Shown here in pieces: positions 11,014 through 21,519 of a stretch of 64,000 nt of DNA (its first letter is position 1; every line of letters begins with the position of its first letter). Below the pieces are notes generated by a model, which ran no database searches, had not been told where the DNA came from, and was given only the letters and a program-made list of their open reading frames with translations. The translations under genes and the position numbers were made by a program. The stretch is from contig CM082597.2 in assembly GCA_040954595.2 (NCBI GenBank), positions 2,416,449 to 2,480,448 on the forward strand, given 5' to 3'. The stretch is from Balanoglossus misakiensis (Eukaryota > Animalia > Hemichordata).

Positions 11014-12235
11014 GTGGTCACCGGTGACCTTCATGAACGTTAATTAAAAATCAATTAAGCATTGAAGTGACAGGCAATCATAACAAGGTTCTCATATATG
11101 CCATCAGCTTTCATTTTCATAATAATTAAAGCCTTCTCTTCTTAATGAGTGTGTAAATTTTAACTGTTTATGACAGTGAAATATAACTTTTAATTTGATT
11201 ATGAATCGTTTCCGTGGTACCCGCGCGAAGAGCAGTTGCAGCTTACTTTAGCAGAGTTTTGAAACTTGTCTTGTTGTGGCATTATACCAGTTCTCAAAGA
11301 TTTTATTTCAGCCATTGTGGACAAGCTTTGTAAAAGCCTGTTTGCGTGTACAGTTAGGCCTTAAATCGACCCCACACGGCAAAACATTTGTCCTGATAAT
11401 TTCCATGCACTCATTTGCCTGAAAACAGGCAATGAGTGTCAATGTCCGTCTTTGGAGAAATCATGTGCGCAGAGAAAAATCGCTGTAGACATATAAACGC
11501 CTCTCACCAGCCAATTACATATTTATTTTCTTAGCGTGCATTGTTAATTAGGACACCATCACTTGTACCTCAACCCACAGGGAGTATGAGAGAATCATTT
11601 GCTTATTCTTACACTTAAATTTTAATATCCACTGAGATCGTGATCCCAAGAGAGTTTGTATAGCAAGGTCACAAAACGATGCAGCACAGCACAGAAAAAT
11701 CAACAAAACATGAATGGAGAGACTACTGGTATGATGGGGGTTGATCTCCTTTCTCTCTCTTTCTTTCTCTCTCCCTCTCTCTCACATTCTCTCTCTGTAC
11801 CGCTCTGTTTCTGTTCACAGTTTCATTAATGAACACAATGACCTGTATCTTGCAGAAGCGGAAATGTTTATTAAGCCTATTATTGGACTTTCACTGAAAT
11901 CACCACCCACAATAACATCTTAGTCTAAACCCTATTCCCTATTTCTCATACATTTGGTATACTGGTCATATTCAAATCTCTGTACTATACCGGTATATGC
12001 AATTATGGAAGCAAGACATCGTTGACAAAGAGTTGGAGTATGAAATTGAAACTTTCATCTTTATTATATGAAGTCAGCAGCAAGCGTTGGCGTTTTTCTA
12101 ATACTTAGCTATATCTCATCACAGGCTGAAATACAACTTCAAGTCTAGGTGGACAACATAGGGTCGCATTCTGTGTGTGTCCAAACAATGTGCCTGGAAA
12201 TGAAAGATTCCCAGGCATATCAGTTCCAGTTGTCC

Positions 12236-12866
12236 TTAGGTATATCCTTGAAAGACTCTCCTGTAAAAAAGAAGTCAGCACATTCAGTCGCTGTGGAATA
12301 ATATTTCTCACACGGTCACAAATTAGCCAACTGGTATGTTGTAGTCTCTGTCCGTGTAATACACATCGCACCATTGGATAACATTTTGGGTGCATTTGCT
12401 AAAGAACGCTTTGTCATCCAATCAGCGCTGCCATCATATACAGCCCTCGGCATGCCACTGTAATTTTAATATAACACACACTGTACATGTACATCATGTA
12501 CTTACCAGGACACACAGACCCTAGGATCTTCACATCTATCGCACACCAAGTTCATCTCCTCCATGACACACACTGCGAAAAAGAACATTATGGGTTAATT
12601 TATTATAATTAACAAAGGGTTGTGAATATTCCACAGTATTGTGTAGAAGTATGTGTATACTTGGGAAAATGGGGCAACTTACAGTCGTCCACAGAAGCCC
12701 GCTTTCCTACGAATGGGAATTCCCCAGCCCGCTTTCCTACGAATGGGAGTTCCTCAGCCCGCTTTCCTACAAATGGGAGTTCCCCATACCATGCTGCTTC
12801 TGTTTGGATGATTGACACAATCGCGAACACAAGTAACACTCCGAGGATGAAGTATTTTGAAGCCAT
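12236..12866 (-). CDS. Multicopy amidated neuropeptide precursor A, 91 aa: AWYGELPFVa, AEELPFVa, AGEFPFVa plus 4-Cys C-terminal module; coding exons 12866-12683, 12572-12506, 12260-12236
   Basis: MASKYFILGVLLVFAIVSIIQTEA-AWYGELPFVGKR-AEELPFVGKR-AGEFPFVGKR-ASVDDLCVMEEMNLVCDRCEDPRVCVSWRVFQGYT*. Hydrophobic signal peptide, three G-K-R amidation/cleavage sites, GTAAGT donors at 12682 and 12505, strong acceptor gctgacttcttttttacag at 12261, AATAAA at about 12060. Weaker alternative last-exon acceptors exist at 12399 and 12458. Confidence 0.92.
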
Positions 12867-13128
12867 TCTAACTTCGGAAGTGTCTAGATGGATAGAAGAC
12901 ACAAACATGAGCTTTCACATTAACTATCAGTTTGCTTTGGTTCTGAAAGTGATGTACATGTTTCATATTTCAATGGAGTAAGATTTGTGCAAACAAGGCA
13001 AAAGTGTGCAATGTAATTTTTTTTCTGGCTACAAGAAGAAAAGTTGAACTGACAACAAGCTTTCAGCAACATGATGAAGTAATATTTTCAGAACATACAG
13101 AATGTGGAGTTCGGAGATATTTACTTAC

Positions 13129-13227
13129 GGTTGATGGTTATCGATGTCTGAATAGGATCAACACTTCTTTGATGTGAATTTGCAACAGATGGAGTGTGAA
13201 GACCAGAACTAGAAGTCAGTTTATATA
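13129..13227 (-). promoter_or_regulatory. TATA box and non-coding exon 1 of precursor A
   Basis: TATATAAA (reverse complement of 13220-13227), exon ending at donor GTAAGT (13128), exon-2 acceptor ccatctag at 12884. Mirrors the layout of paralog B. Confidence 0.75.
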
Positions 13228-13958
13228 GAAAACAAATCGTGCTCTCCTATTTCTGTACAATGTTCATTAAACTCCAATTATTGTGTAGCTGGTGCAAAAA
13301 TAGTCTGTTTGTGACACGATTGTCGAGTAAAAATAATTGGCGATAAATAAACTTTCCAGTTACATGAATGGGTCTTTTGTTAACCAGTGCCTAAGACATC
13401 ACGAAAAACCTATTTCGACAGCCTTTCTTTGTTGCAGTGATTTGCTGAGTTGGCATGTGTGTTGTGCATGAAATCTGTGATTTACGCGCCAACGAGAATA
13501 TTTTAAATGGGTGACAAAATGGAAATATTAATTTCAAATGGTCAGACCATGGTGATGTCACATGCCAAATATTTTAATTTTCTCTGATATTCTCAGACAT
13601 GAAAAAATACATCAATTTATACTCAACCATTTGGTCTGATTCATGTTAGTCCACAAGTCAGTGAAATCTGACCAATTTTGCAGGCCCTGTATTCCTTAGA
13701 GCCTATTACAGGTACTGACAAGACTAGTTGGCAGAACAGTGTGGCAAAATGTGCACTCACTAATAACACAGACATAACTGACAAACATTGCTGTAGCATT
13801 TGTATATCAAGTTTATTATTCTTGTTCTTGAGAGAGTACAGGTAGAAATCAATATCTGAAACAACTTCTCGGACAATTCTCGGTGCCATACATAAGTTGA
13901 CGTATACTATTTGCAATCCTAAACTCAGCTCTCAGGATGTTTTTCACTTGAAGATCCT

Positions 13959-16151
13959 TCACAAGTAGAAGATTTTCACATGGTGCTGTTTGTACTCTGT
14001 GACAGCGATCCTCCTTGGTTCGTTTTTACTCACAGCGATCGCGAGAGGTTTAATCAGATGACCTTTGAACATATTCTCTATGAAAACGCCGTCCGGAGTG
14101 AATTTGACCACTCGGTTATTGTTGAGGTCACAAACATACACATTGTTGCACTCATCAAAGTCGAGTCCGGTTGGGCCGAGAAGCTGGCCAGGGCCCGAGC
14201 CACGAGACCCAAAACTGAAAGCAGCATTGCCAAATGGGTCTATAACCTGTACTCGATGGTTGCCTTGATCCGAAACATACGTCTCATTTCGGCTGTTCAC
14301 ACAGACAAAGAGAGCCCTTTTGAATATAGGCTTTCCAAACACTCCCAGAGGAACTATTTGGGTTCCGCCTGTTGTGTACTTCCGTACTCGGTCAAGTCCA
14401 TCCATGACAACAACATGGCCGTCGGTTGTAACAGAAACACCATTAGGATTCATCTTTTCCCGTTTGCCAAATGTTGTGATCAACTGACCGTCTTTATCGC
14501 AGATGATTACTTGCTTGTTACAACCATCAGTAACAACATGGGTTCCATCTTTTTGTATGGCGACATCTTTTGGTGCAGTTGGATCACTGAAGCCACACAG
14601 TGGGATAACCTGCTTTAGATTTCCAAGCCAATCGATGACCTGAAGTCGATGATTGTGATGATCAGCCACTGTAAGCTCGTCTCTGTGGTTTACGGCGATA
14701 CCATTAGTGTAATGGAACTTGCCTGGTTCTGATCCTCTGATCCCAACCGTCTTAAGTCGACCACCAGATGGGACAACTGTTACTGAGAAGGGAGAATGTT
14801 TTACGTTCTGTCCCCACATGGTGACCTTAACATCAAAGCTTCCTTCTTCCTTAAAGTGCACTATTCCTGTTTGTGGCCCATCTTGGCCGCAGACCATTTC
14901 AATTTCTTCTACTTTTCCATATGCACTGACCACCTCAACGCGAACCATGTCATCTGCGCTGGTCACTTTGTTGTGTCTGTCCTTTGGTGTAACACTGATG
15001 CTAATTTCCTCGTACATCCCCACCACACGTTTTAACCCGGCAACGGGCGTGTTCGCCGGGATTGCAGCTGTGGTCGTGATCTCACCAAAATCACACTCAA
15101 GTATTTGGTCTGTAGGTGTGAACTTGACATGTGTATTTACCTGAGGACTGGTTTCTGTGTGGGCTTCAAGCACTTGATTTAAACGCTCTTCAAGCATCGC
15201 ATGAAGAGAAAGATAATGGGTCATGGTGGCTTTGCTTGACAAATTTTCTACAAGCTCTCCTGTTTCTACCAGCTGTTGTATTCGGGACTTTATGTTCTTT
15301 ATCTGGGCTTCAAGCACATTTCGCTTCTGTTGGACGCAGCTGTGTAGCTCTTCAGTAACCTGTTCTTTCATTAGCAAAACGTAACTGATAAGCTTCTGTG
15401 TATGCTGGTAAATTTGACCCTCAATTTGCAGGCAGGAAGCGTCTAGGGACTGCAAGACTCCTGTGATAGCAGCAAGGCTTTCCTCTGCTTCCTTCTCAAG
15501 AAGTTTCAACTTTTGAATAGATGGCAGGAGATGTGACTGTTCCATTTCCACAGCCTTGGCAATATTCATTAATTCATGTCCTGATGCGTGATGATCTGAT
15601 CTGACGCAGACGAAACACATCGCCCTTTGGCAAGTTCTGCAGTACAGGTTGATTGTTTGCTTTGGGTGTGAGGTACAATGCTTCTGTGGAATGTTAGAAA
15701 TACTGTCGTCACTAACCACTGAGTCTCTGAAATCCATAATCTGGTGTCCCCTGATTTCCTCTATGCTTCTGTGCAGAGACGTGCATGTTTGGCATAATTT
15801 CTGAGCGCATTCAACACACCACGAACTTGCGTCTTCTGCATTCAGGCAAGCACTGCACCTCGTCTTTTGTCTTTGGCGAGCTACGACAGGTGAGCCGGAA
15901 ATCTCGGCCATTTCATTGAAGACCAGATTCGACTGCAGTCCAGCAACGCCGTCTTCGGGCAGTGTACAATCAGTCCCACATACCGGACATGAAGACAACG
16001 GTCCACCATGTTTCTCCGACAATGTATCCAGACACTCTTTGCAGAAGCTGTGTAGACAGGGCAGAATCCTCGGATCATCATAAAGAGATAAACACAGCTT
16101 ACAAGTCAAAAGTTCTACCTTCTCTCTGGGCATCGGTAGCTGATACGCCAT
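13959..16151 (-). CDS. TRIM-NHL E3 ubiquitin ligase (RING, B-box1, B-box2, coiled coil, filamin, NHL repeats; TRIM2/3/71-like), uninterrupted ORF
   Basis: C3HC4 RING CKLC..LPCLHSFCKEC..CPVC, two B-boxes, filamin end GQNVKHSPFSVTV, and NHL repeats (e.g. FGSRGSGPGQLLGPTGLDFD..VYVCDLNNNRV). Confidence 0.95.
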   Translation of the reverse strand: MAYQLPMPREKVELLTCKLCLSLYDDPRILPCLHSFCKECLDTLSEKHGGPLSSCPVCGTDCTLPEDGVAGLQSNLVFNEMAEISGSPVVARQRQKTRCSACLNAEDASSWCVECAQKLCQTCTSLHRSIEEIRGHQIMDFRDSVVSDDSISNIPQKHCTSHPKQTINLYCRTCQRAMCFVCVRSDHHASGHELMNIAKAVEMEQSHLLPSIQKLKLLEKEAEESLAAITGVLQSLDASCLQIEGQIYQHTQKLISYVLLMKEQVTEELHSCVQQKRNVLEAQIKNIKSRIQQLVETGELVENLSSKATMTHYLSLHAMLEERLNQVLEAHTETSPQVNTHVKFTPTDQILECDFGEITTTAAIPANTPVAGLKRVVGMYEEISISVTPKDRHNKVTSADDMVRVEVVSAYGKVEEIEMVCGQDGPQTGIVHFKEEGSFDVKVTMWGQNVKHSPFSVTVVPSGGRLKTVGIRGSEPGKFHYTNGIAVNHRDELTVADHHNHRLQVIDWLGNLKQVIPLCGFSDPTAPKDVAIQKDGTHVVTDGCNKQVIICDKDGQLITTFGKREKMNPNGVSVTTDGHVVVMDGLDRVRKYTTGGTQIVPLGVFGKPIFKRALFVCVNSRNETYVSDQGNHRVQVIDPFGNAAFSFGSRGSGPGQLLGPTGLDFDECNNVYVCDLNNNRVVKFTPDGVFIENMFKGHLIKPLAIAVSKNEPRRIAVTEYKQHHVKIFYL

Positions 16152-18917
16152 AGCAAAATAATGATTCGAATGCTTCTTTCAGTTCAATTTCACCCACACT
16201 GGTGTTCTACAGATACAAATCACAGTTGGAGTACCATAGTTAACAGTTAAATAAACTCTAAGTGGCTAAGTAGAATACAACCCAATAGAACTTTGGACCA
16301 TATACTGATAACGTTACAAAGACATAGTGCAGGTACATTACATGAGAACACATACCCACCCAACTAGTAACCCTAAAGTTCAAACCTCGCCTATTGACCT
16401 GTCCGATAGAGAGATAAAACTTGTTTGAGTAGCGTTAAACTGTAATGGATTTTCAGTTAGTTCTAATATTAAGATTGCCCTAAATGTTACACTGTTCTTT
16501 ACCCCCCCCCCCCTCCCAATATATATTTCATGTGAAACGAAAAGACAACCCTCACAAAATAGTTTCATAAAGTTGAGTTTTTGAACATTTGTTTGGAGTA
16601 ATTCACTGTACTTTTTAAAACAATAAATGAAGCCAAATAATTCTCGTTTGAGAATTATGTCAATCGAAATAAAAGAACAAGTAAAGATGTCATTTTATAA
16701 AAAAAAACACTTCTCATTCGAAACAGGAACTTGCATGTAATAGGCTTTTCCAAGTGATAATTATATCATGGACATCGTGCGTTACATTCATATATGGACA
16801 CCAATGCACATACATGGACTGCCATCACTACTTGATGGTGTGTTTCTAAACAGAAACATCTCACATGTACAGGTCAGACAGCCCTTGATGAAGCTTGCAT
16901 TAATTTGAAAAATTGCCAAATTATTAAAGATAATTATCTCACAAAGATATAGCAACAAGAATCATTAACTCCTGCTATCTTATCAATTAAATGTTAATTT
17001 GCATATTAATGAATTTTTGCATTATTAGGGGAGTCCCGCTGGACAATACCATGCAGAATTATTCCACTTATTATTTATCCCCTACACTTGTCCTTGTGGC
17101 TTATAATAATACCCAAAAATAATAAATTACTATAGTTACAGCAGACACTAAACGGCAGCATACACTAAATCAATGAGGATAAAATAACTGTGCACCTGAT
17201 TAGAGACCAGCAAAACACAGTACAAGGGGGTAAAATCCAACAACTGTATCTACCATACTCCCCGAGGTCCTGCATGGCTAATCTAAGCGCACAGGAAAAT
17301 CTCAAGGGAAAGTATACACAGAGGCTACATTAAATTTGAAATTATTCCAAGTTCTTGGACACATGGTTTACAATTAGGGAGTATTAGGTTGTCCCCAATA
17401 TTCTCTATGAACTGTCCTACTTTAAATTATCGTTAACAAACAATAACAAAACCTCTATAATTTCAGTAGTTGGCGAATGCTAATTGACCTACAAAGTTCA
17501 TACTGTTGGTAGGAAGCGTTTCCAGACAACATATGAAAACTAATACTCCTAATTGTTCTTTAGTTTGGTTTCACTGACAGCCTCTCCATCAAAACTATCC
17601 GACCTTGGTAAAATATGAGATACAAAATGAACTGTGAAGTTAATTGACTGCTTCCGATCCTGCGAGTCATTGTCAATGTAGTCTCAGCCGTGCTTATAAT
17701 TATAGATCTTAATTGATCGGAAATTGCACCTAGATGTTTCATTTACATTACCGATATATATATGTTATTCACCCTAGAGGACATAATTATACCTAAAAGG
17801 CAGCCCATGTGTTGCAAATCCAGCTGTGGCTTGATAGGAGACAAAATGTTGTCACATTGAATAATTGTCTTGATATCTTCACAGGAATGATACCATAACC
17901 TTAAAATACCATTCCTTTAGAGTTTCTCAATGCTCTCTATCGGGTATGTCTGCCTGTGTCTCTCTCCATCTCTCACGTTCCGTAAATAAATCAATATGCT
18001 GATTAAACTCAGTGATGTCTTTACATGAACAGGGACAGCACCATGCAAGCTGTATAAAGTTCTCATGAAGGTAAAATGCATCAAAAATACAAAGTGTCAA
18101 GCTGCACAATTTTTATGACAGTGCCATAAGGCTAACGTAATAGAAGAAAGACAGCCAACATTTCATACTTAACGTACAATACCCAAGGATGTCTGTCTGT
18201 CACGAATGCAGTAACTTGATGTATTTCAATTCAGTCAGTTTTAATTGACAGCATTTGTTTTGGGTAATTTCATCTGTTTAGTTGAGCAAACTCGACCCTG
18301 CTATGCAAAGATTACTTAATGAGTGTTTTAATTAATTTTGTGATTAAGTGTTTTCCTCTAGAGTAGTAATTACTCTCTCAGTCTTTTGGCATGTAATTAC
18401 CGATCTTATTACCATCAATTTTGTATGGTCTGGTAATACTCTAATTTACGTTAATTGGGTAAAAGCACAGACGAAAAGCTGAAAATGTGTGTGGATGTAA
18501 TTGACTTAGCCTAGGAGGACATTAAAGATATTTAAAGGAAAGAAATAGCTTCAAGTCTCCATTTGTTTAAAGGAGCTCAAGTGTGTCTTCTCGACTAACA
18601 ACAATGCAATTGGAAAATGCAACTTTACACAGTTCAGTTGAACATAGTGATGAGACCACTTTATTTCATTTTTGACCATACAACAACCTGCAGTTTAAAC
18701 TAACCAGTAGACTGTAGATCTCCAAATTCTGCAAATTTCAATGTAATTCCGAATCACATGTAATTTATATGATTGTATCTATTTCACATGTGACAAAATG
18801 ACAGTTTGGAAAGGTGTCGTGAGTTCAAAACGAGCTGATTTCTTGTATGGCTAGAGAACATGCTGTATGACGGTCATGCTTATTTCTGAAGTCCTGTTCC
18901 AACCATAGGGATTAAAG

Positions 18918-19388
18918 TCACTCTCCAATATTTTCAGTCCCCACTTCTTGTTGTATGCCTGACAGGTCTTCCGCATTTCTCTTGCCACAAACAGCAAGCC
19001 CAGGATGAATGAGGCACTGAGAAAAAAGAAAAGTAATTTGATGAGAAATTCTGAGAACAATTATGAAATATAAAATAACGAATTAGAAAAAAAAGCACAC
19101 ATATGAAGCAATCTGGACCTGCTTGTAAATATACAATATATTTCCAACAAAGTCCACAAAATAACTCATCCAAACTAGTCTAGTTAACGTCGCTAAACGA
19201 AGGCCAGACAATTTAAAAAGAGTATACACGACGACAGAATGGACAACTTAGACTACATGTCCAAGTGGCTGATCACTCACCCCTCCAGGTCTGTTCCAAT
19301 AAGATGGTCTTTCCTCAGCGTACGAGGTTATACACAGGACTGAAGCTAGTAGGAAGAGCACGGTCAGGTATGACGAAGTGGATGCCAT
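18918..19388 (-). CDS. Secreted peptide precursor C, 68 aa: signal peptide, EERPSYWNRPGGCLIHPGLAVC-GKR, acidic tail; exons 19388-19281 and 19016-18918
   Basis: MASTSSYLTVLFLLASVLCITSYA-EERPSYWNRPGG|CLIHPGLAVC-GKR-NAEDLSGIQQEVGTENIGE*. Phase-0 intron with GTGAGT donor (19280) and long polypyrimidine acceptor ttttcttttttctcag (19017). ATG in aaaATGG context. AATAAA at 18660-18665. Confidence 0.87.
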
Positions 19389-19468
19389 TTTCTTGCTACT
19401 GCTGAGACTGTTAATAATGGGGCACTGCAGAAAAAGTCACGAATTGCAGCTGAAGAACCGTGAATCCA

Positions 19469-19476
19469 TTTTATAG
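19469..19476 (-). promoter_or_regulatory. TATA box of precursor C
   Basis: CTATAAAA on the minus strand about 80 nt upstream of the ATG. Confidence 0.6.
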
Positions 19477-20349
19477 ATATATCCCGCTATCTCGTGTTAT
19501 TAAATTGGCGCCAGATTGCAACACCTGTTGCATCGTATTAATTGGTTGCAGAGATATATCATTCAATTTTCAATAAAGATGTAATGTGTTTTAATCAATT
19601 GCAGGATTTTACAAAGACCTTTGCAAAAACCTGGATACGGAATGTGGATAGAATATATTCATTTTTGGGAGAGGAGTGGGGGGCGTGTTGTTGTGTTGGC
19701 TAGCCTTGGCTCAGACTTTGTTTTATACCAGGATTGTGGGTTCTTCTCATCCCAGAGTCTCTTGCACATTAATGATAAATATGTGTTATACAGGATTTGA
19801 CATTGTCGTCATAACCCACCGTTTATATCCATGTAGCAAGGAATTCATGAAACTAAACCAACTGTCCATGCCCCCCCCCCCCCCTGAAGGTGGTGTAACA
19901 GAATGATGTTAACAGTTGTGATAGCACCCTCTCAGATGTACACTGTTAGCTGGCTAACTGTGAGCAAAGCAACAACGCAATACAAAAGAAACAAAACACT
20001 AGAATTATAATAGATGCTCACTAAACTTGTTTCAACAAGTTGCCATGGGAATACAGTTAATCCAACACAGGCACACACAAACCCATCTAAATATAGAAGC
20101 AATTATCACATCACCAACACCACACCACCTGTGCCAAGAAACTATGTAGGTTAATATGAGTAGAAATCTCACAAACCCAATGATTGAAAGTTGGTGGCCC
20201 GCTAGCGCTTTACGGCAGAGTCTATTTAAACATGAGCATCAGACAGCTGTACGTTTCCGTTGGTGAATAACGCCACCAACGCTGGTTTGAAAAGTTTATC
20301 AGTAAATGGTGCAGAGTCACTGGCATATGTATATATTGTCTCCCCTAGA

Positions 20350-20352
<3 letters not shown>

Positions 20353-20395
<43 letters not shown>
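20353..20395 (+). repeat. (AG)n microsatellite
   Basis: Directly visible. Confidence 0.95.
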
Positions 20396-20396
<1 letters not shown>

Positions 20397-20484
20397 AACA
20401 TTACTTCCTTACAACATTATTTCCTTATTCATAATCATGTTTATTATACATGCATACAATAAACACACGGTACCCGCAGAAGTT

Positions 20485-21519
20485 TTATATTTCTCTCATA
20501 TGTAGATAAGATGTTGCTATGGCGACAAAACCAGAACTCAGAATGATTAAAGCAGCTCCGATGATATCGTATAGATTTAGCGTGTAGTGAAAGAAAATGT
20601 AGTCTGCTATATAGGCTATAACTATTTGGATGTTGACAAGGAGCACGATTGTTGTTGGTGGCTCTAATTGCAGACTGCGAAACCGACACAAAAAATTGAG
20701 AACGAACGTAATAACCAATCCTATGAGTAATCCGATCGTCCCGCCAGAAAGTGTCCACATTGATGTGCGAACGAAGGATAAAACCACTGCATTGATCAGT
20801 GTACCAATGAAGTTTTCATACAAATTGATTATCAGTACGGGAACTTCATCGCCAAGGGCAGAACCTGTTACATAGGTGACTGAAAAACCGATACCACAAG
20901 CTACGCTGAGTACATAGCCAAGCCATGCATGTGTAGTGACATCCACATTACTGTCTTTGTTGCCAAAACTCGGCTGGGCAGTCAAGAGAATTCCTGCTAG
21001 GCAGAGAATTGTGCTGACGAGGTGAACTTTAGTGAACGGTTCCTTGAGAAAGATCCGGGCCAACACAGGAGTAACAATGGGCATACTGCCGCGATAGATG
21101 GCAGTGACGTTTCCAATGGGAATCATCGACAGAGCGAGAACTTGGCAGATGTCCGCTAATGTGTAACACACACCGATGGATACCAGCAAAATTCTTTGTT
21201 TCGAGGTGTCAGCAGCAATCGCTCTTGGCCCATACAGGAGTAAGACGAATGGAATGACCAAAGCCAGGCTACCTGTGTACATTAACAATAGAATTTGGTA
21301 GGCCGGCATGTTCATTTTTTCTAGGAACACGGTTATCGTGTTATTAAATGCGACGAATACACCAGCCAGAAGGGCAAGACTGACTCCTTTACACGAGCGA
21401 TACACATTGCGACCTGTCTTCTTCGCAGCATCTTCATGTGTGGTCCTATCATCTTCTTTTGAGTTGCCAACTTTCTGGCCATCAAGTAGAAGGTGCAACT
21501 CCGTTTGAGGTGTCATCAT
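20485..21519 (-). CDS. SLC35G-like / EamA (DMT superfamily) membrane transporter
   Basis: About 10 hydrophobic helices in two EamA repeats. Motifs ALSMIPIGNVTAI, PIVTPVLARIFLKEPF, LCLAGILL..QP, NIQIVIAYIADYIFF and IIGAALII. Confidence 0.88.
   Translation of the reverse strand: MMTPQTELHLLLDGQKVGNSKEDDRTTHEDAAKKTGRNVYRSCKGVSLALLAGVFVAFNNTITVFLEKMNMPAYQILLLMYTGSLALVIPFVLLLYGPRAIAADTSKQRILLVSIGVCYTLADICQVLALSMIPIGNVTAIYRGSMPIVTPVLARIFLKEPFTKVHLVSTILCLAGILLTAQPSFGNKDSNVDVTTHAWLGYVLSVACGIGFSVTYVTGSALGDEVPVLIINLYENFIGTLINAVVLSFVRTSMWTLSGGTIGLLIGLVITFVLNFLCRFRSLQLEPPTTIVLLVNIQIVIAYIADYIFFHYTLNLYDIIGAALIILSSGFVAIATSYLHMREI

Noticed and set aside
11408-11438. Small hairpin cactcatttgcctg-aaaa-caggcaatgagtg between precursors A and B
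   Set aside because: Too short for a pre-miRNA and has no other support.
12316-12457. Alternative last exons for precursor A (acceptors at 12458 and 12399)
   Set aside because: Weaker polypyrimidine tracts, and one needs a 48-nt intron. The 12261 acceptor matches paralog B better (short tail, conserved Arg). Not formally excluded.
12609-12682. C-terminus CKLPHFPKY...TTLC of the ORF-track version of precursor A
   Set aside because: Read-through into the intron. A GTAAGT donor at 12682 and the paralog-conserved 67-nt exon give a better model.
13980-16153. Plus-strand ORFs opposite the TRIM gene (and similar antisense ORFs over the GPCRs, transporter and sulfotransferase)
   Set aside because: Shadow ORFs of real coding sequence with no recognisable domains.
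19281-19316. GnRH-like reading of exon 1 of precursor C (..SYWNRPGG)
   Set aside because: RPG-G resembles the GnRH C-terminus, but the next exon continues with CLIHPGLAVC rather than KR, and there is no N-terminal Gln.
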